64,000 nucleotides of DNA. Origin: Gammaproteobacteria bacterium (lineage in GTDB: Bacteria; Pseudomonadota; Gammaproteobacteria; UBA4575). Under the pieces are notes generated by a model, which was given only the letters and a program-made list of their open reading frames with translations, searched no databases and was not told the DNA's origin. Positions 63,643 to 64,000 of this stretch are shown here, piece after piece (within the stretch, counting starts at the first letter, position 1; each line of letters opens with the position of its first letter). Position numbers and translations under genes: made by a program. Location of the stretch: NCBI GenBank assembly GCA_965205275.1, contig OZ242168.1, positions 1,278,355 to 1,342,354 on the forward strand, written 5' to 3'.

Positions 63643-64000
63643 ATGAAAAGCAGTTCCACCCTATTGATAAGCCTCGGTGTCGTGGTCGGTATAGCACTTG
63701 CCGTCCTCACTGATGGCGATACCGCCCTATTATTGATCGCTGGGGGCTTGGTAATTGCACCTATAGTAATTGTGCCCATACTGATTAACCTGGCCCGCGG
63801 TGTCGGCGCAAAAAGCCCGGGCAGTACCAAACCGAGAGTTACTTCCAAGCAGTCTAAAGGTACTGTGAAGTGGTTTAATTACAAAAAAGGTTTCGGGTTT
63901 ATTGAACAGGAAAACGGCGAAGATGTGTTTGTGCACCATAATTCGATTATCAACAGTAGGCACAAATCATTACGCGAAGGCCAAAAAGTTTCCATGGATA
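63643..64000 (+). CDS. Membrane-anchored cold-shock-domain protein (partial, runs off the window)
   Basis: Not in the ORF track because there is no stop in the window. The ATG at 63643 is preceded by AGGAGA. My translation: [102 protein letters not shown].... It has two hydrophobic helices followed by the CSD RNP1/RNP2 motifs KGFGFI and VFVHH. Confidence 0.75.
   Translation, partial: MKSSSTLLISLGVVVGIALAVLTDGDTALLLIAGGLVIAPIVIVPILINLARGVGAKSPGSTKPRVTSKQSKGTVKWFNYKKGFGFIEQENGEDVFVHHNSIINSRHKSLREGQKVSMD

Noticed and set aside
63561-63963. Two minus-strand ORFs (95 and 77 aa) at the window end
   Set aside because: They are antisense to the plus-strand membrane-anchored CSD gene, which has unmistakable KGFGFI and VFVHH motifs.

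Overview
This looks like a chromosomal window from a Gammaproteobacteria-like C1-utilising bacterium. That taxonomic call is an inference from gene content and synteny, not a database hit. Most of the window is conserved housekeeping: rplY-prs-tRNA(Gln)-ispE-lolB, hemA-prfA-prmC, gatCAB, mreBCD, rnd, metY, pdxH, msrA, thiC with a TPP riboswitch, an LPS inner-core set (waaF, waaA, kdkA, a GT9 gene, hldE), tolC, ilvE, glnE, an Fe(3+) ABC transporter, ilvD, argE and argA. The most notable block is 47.8-58.9 kb. It carries a serine-cycle module (sga, mclA, mtkAB, hprA, ppc, mtdA) that lacks fch and is preceded by a tightly coupled pair: a 5-formyl-THF cyclo-ligase-like gene and a stand-alone Ftr (formyltransferase) homologue. 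Other points worth a second look: an overlapping Gfo/Idh/MocA oxidoreductase plus radical-SAM pair beside the LPS core genes; a nested IS3/IS5 scar with a 101-bp exact duplication and a 31-codon secA relic; a frameshifted CDF transporter; mreC apparently starting at ATT; a terminator-type leader in front of metY; two islets of orphan genes (19.85-21.43 kb and 60.1-62.2 kb); and a membrane-anchored cold-shock-domain protein running off the 3' end. No CRISPR array, rRNA or intact mobile element was seen. All protein assignments come from motifs and remembered family features read from the supplied translations; no searches were run.
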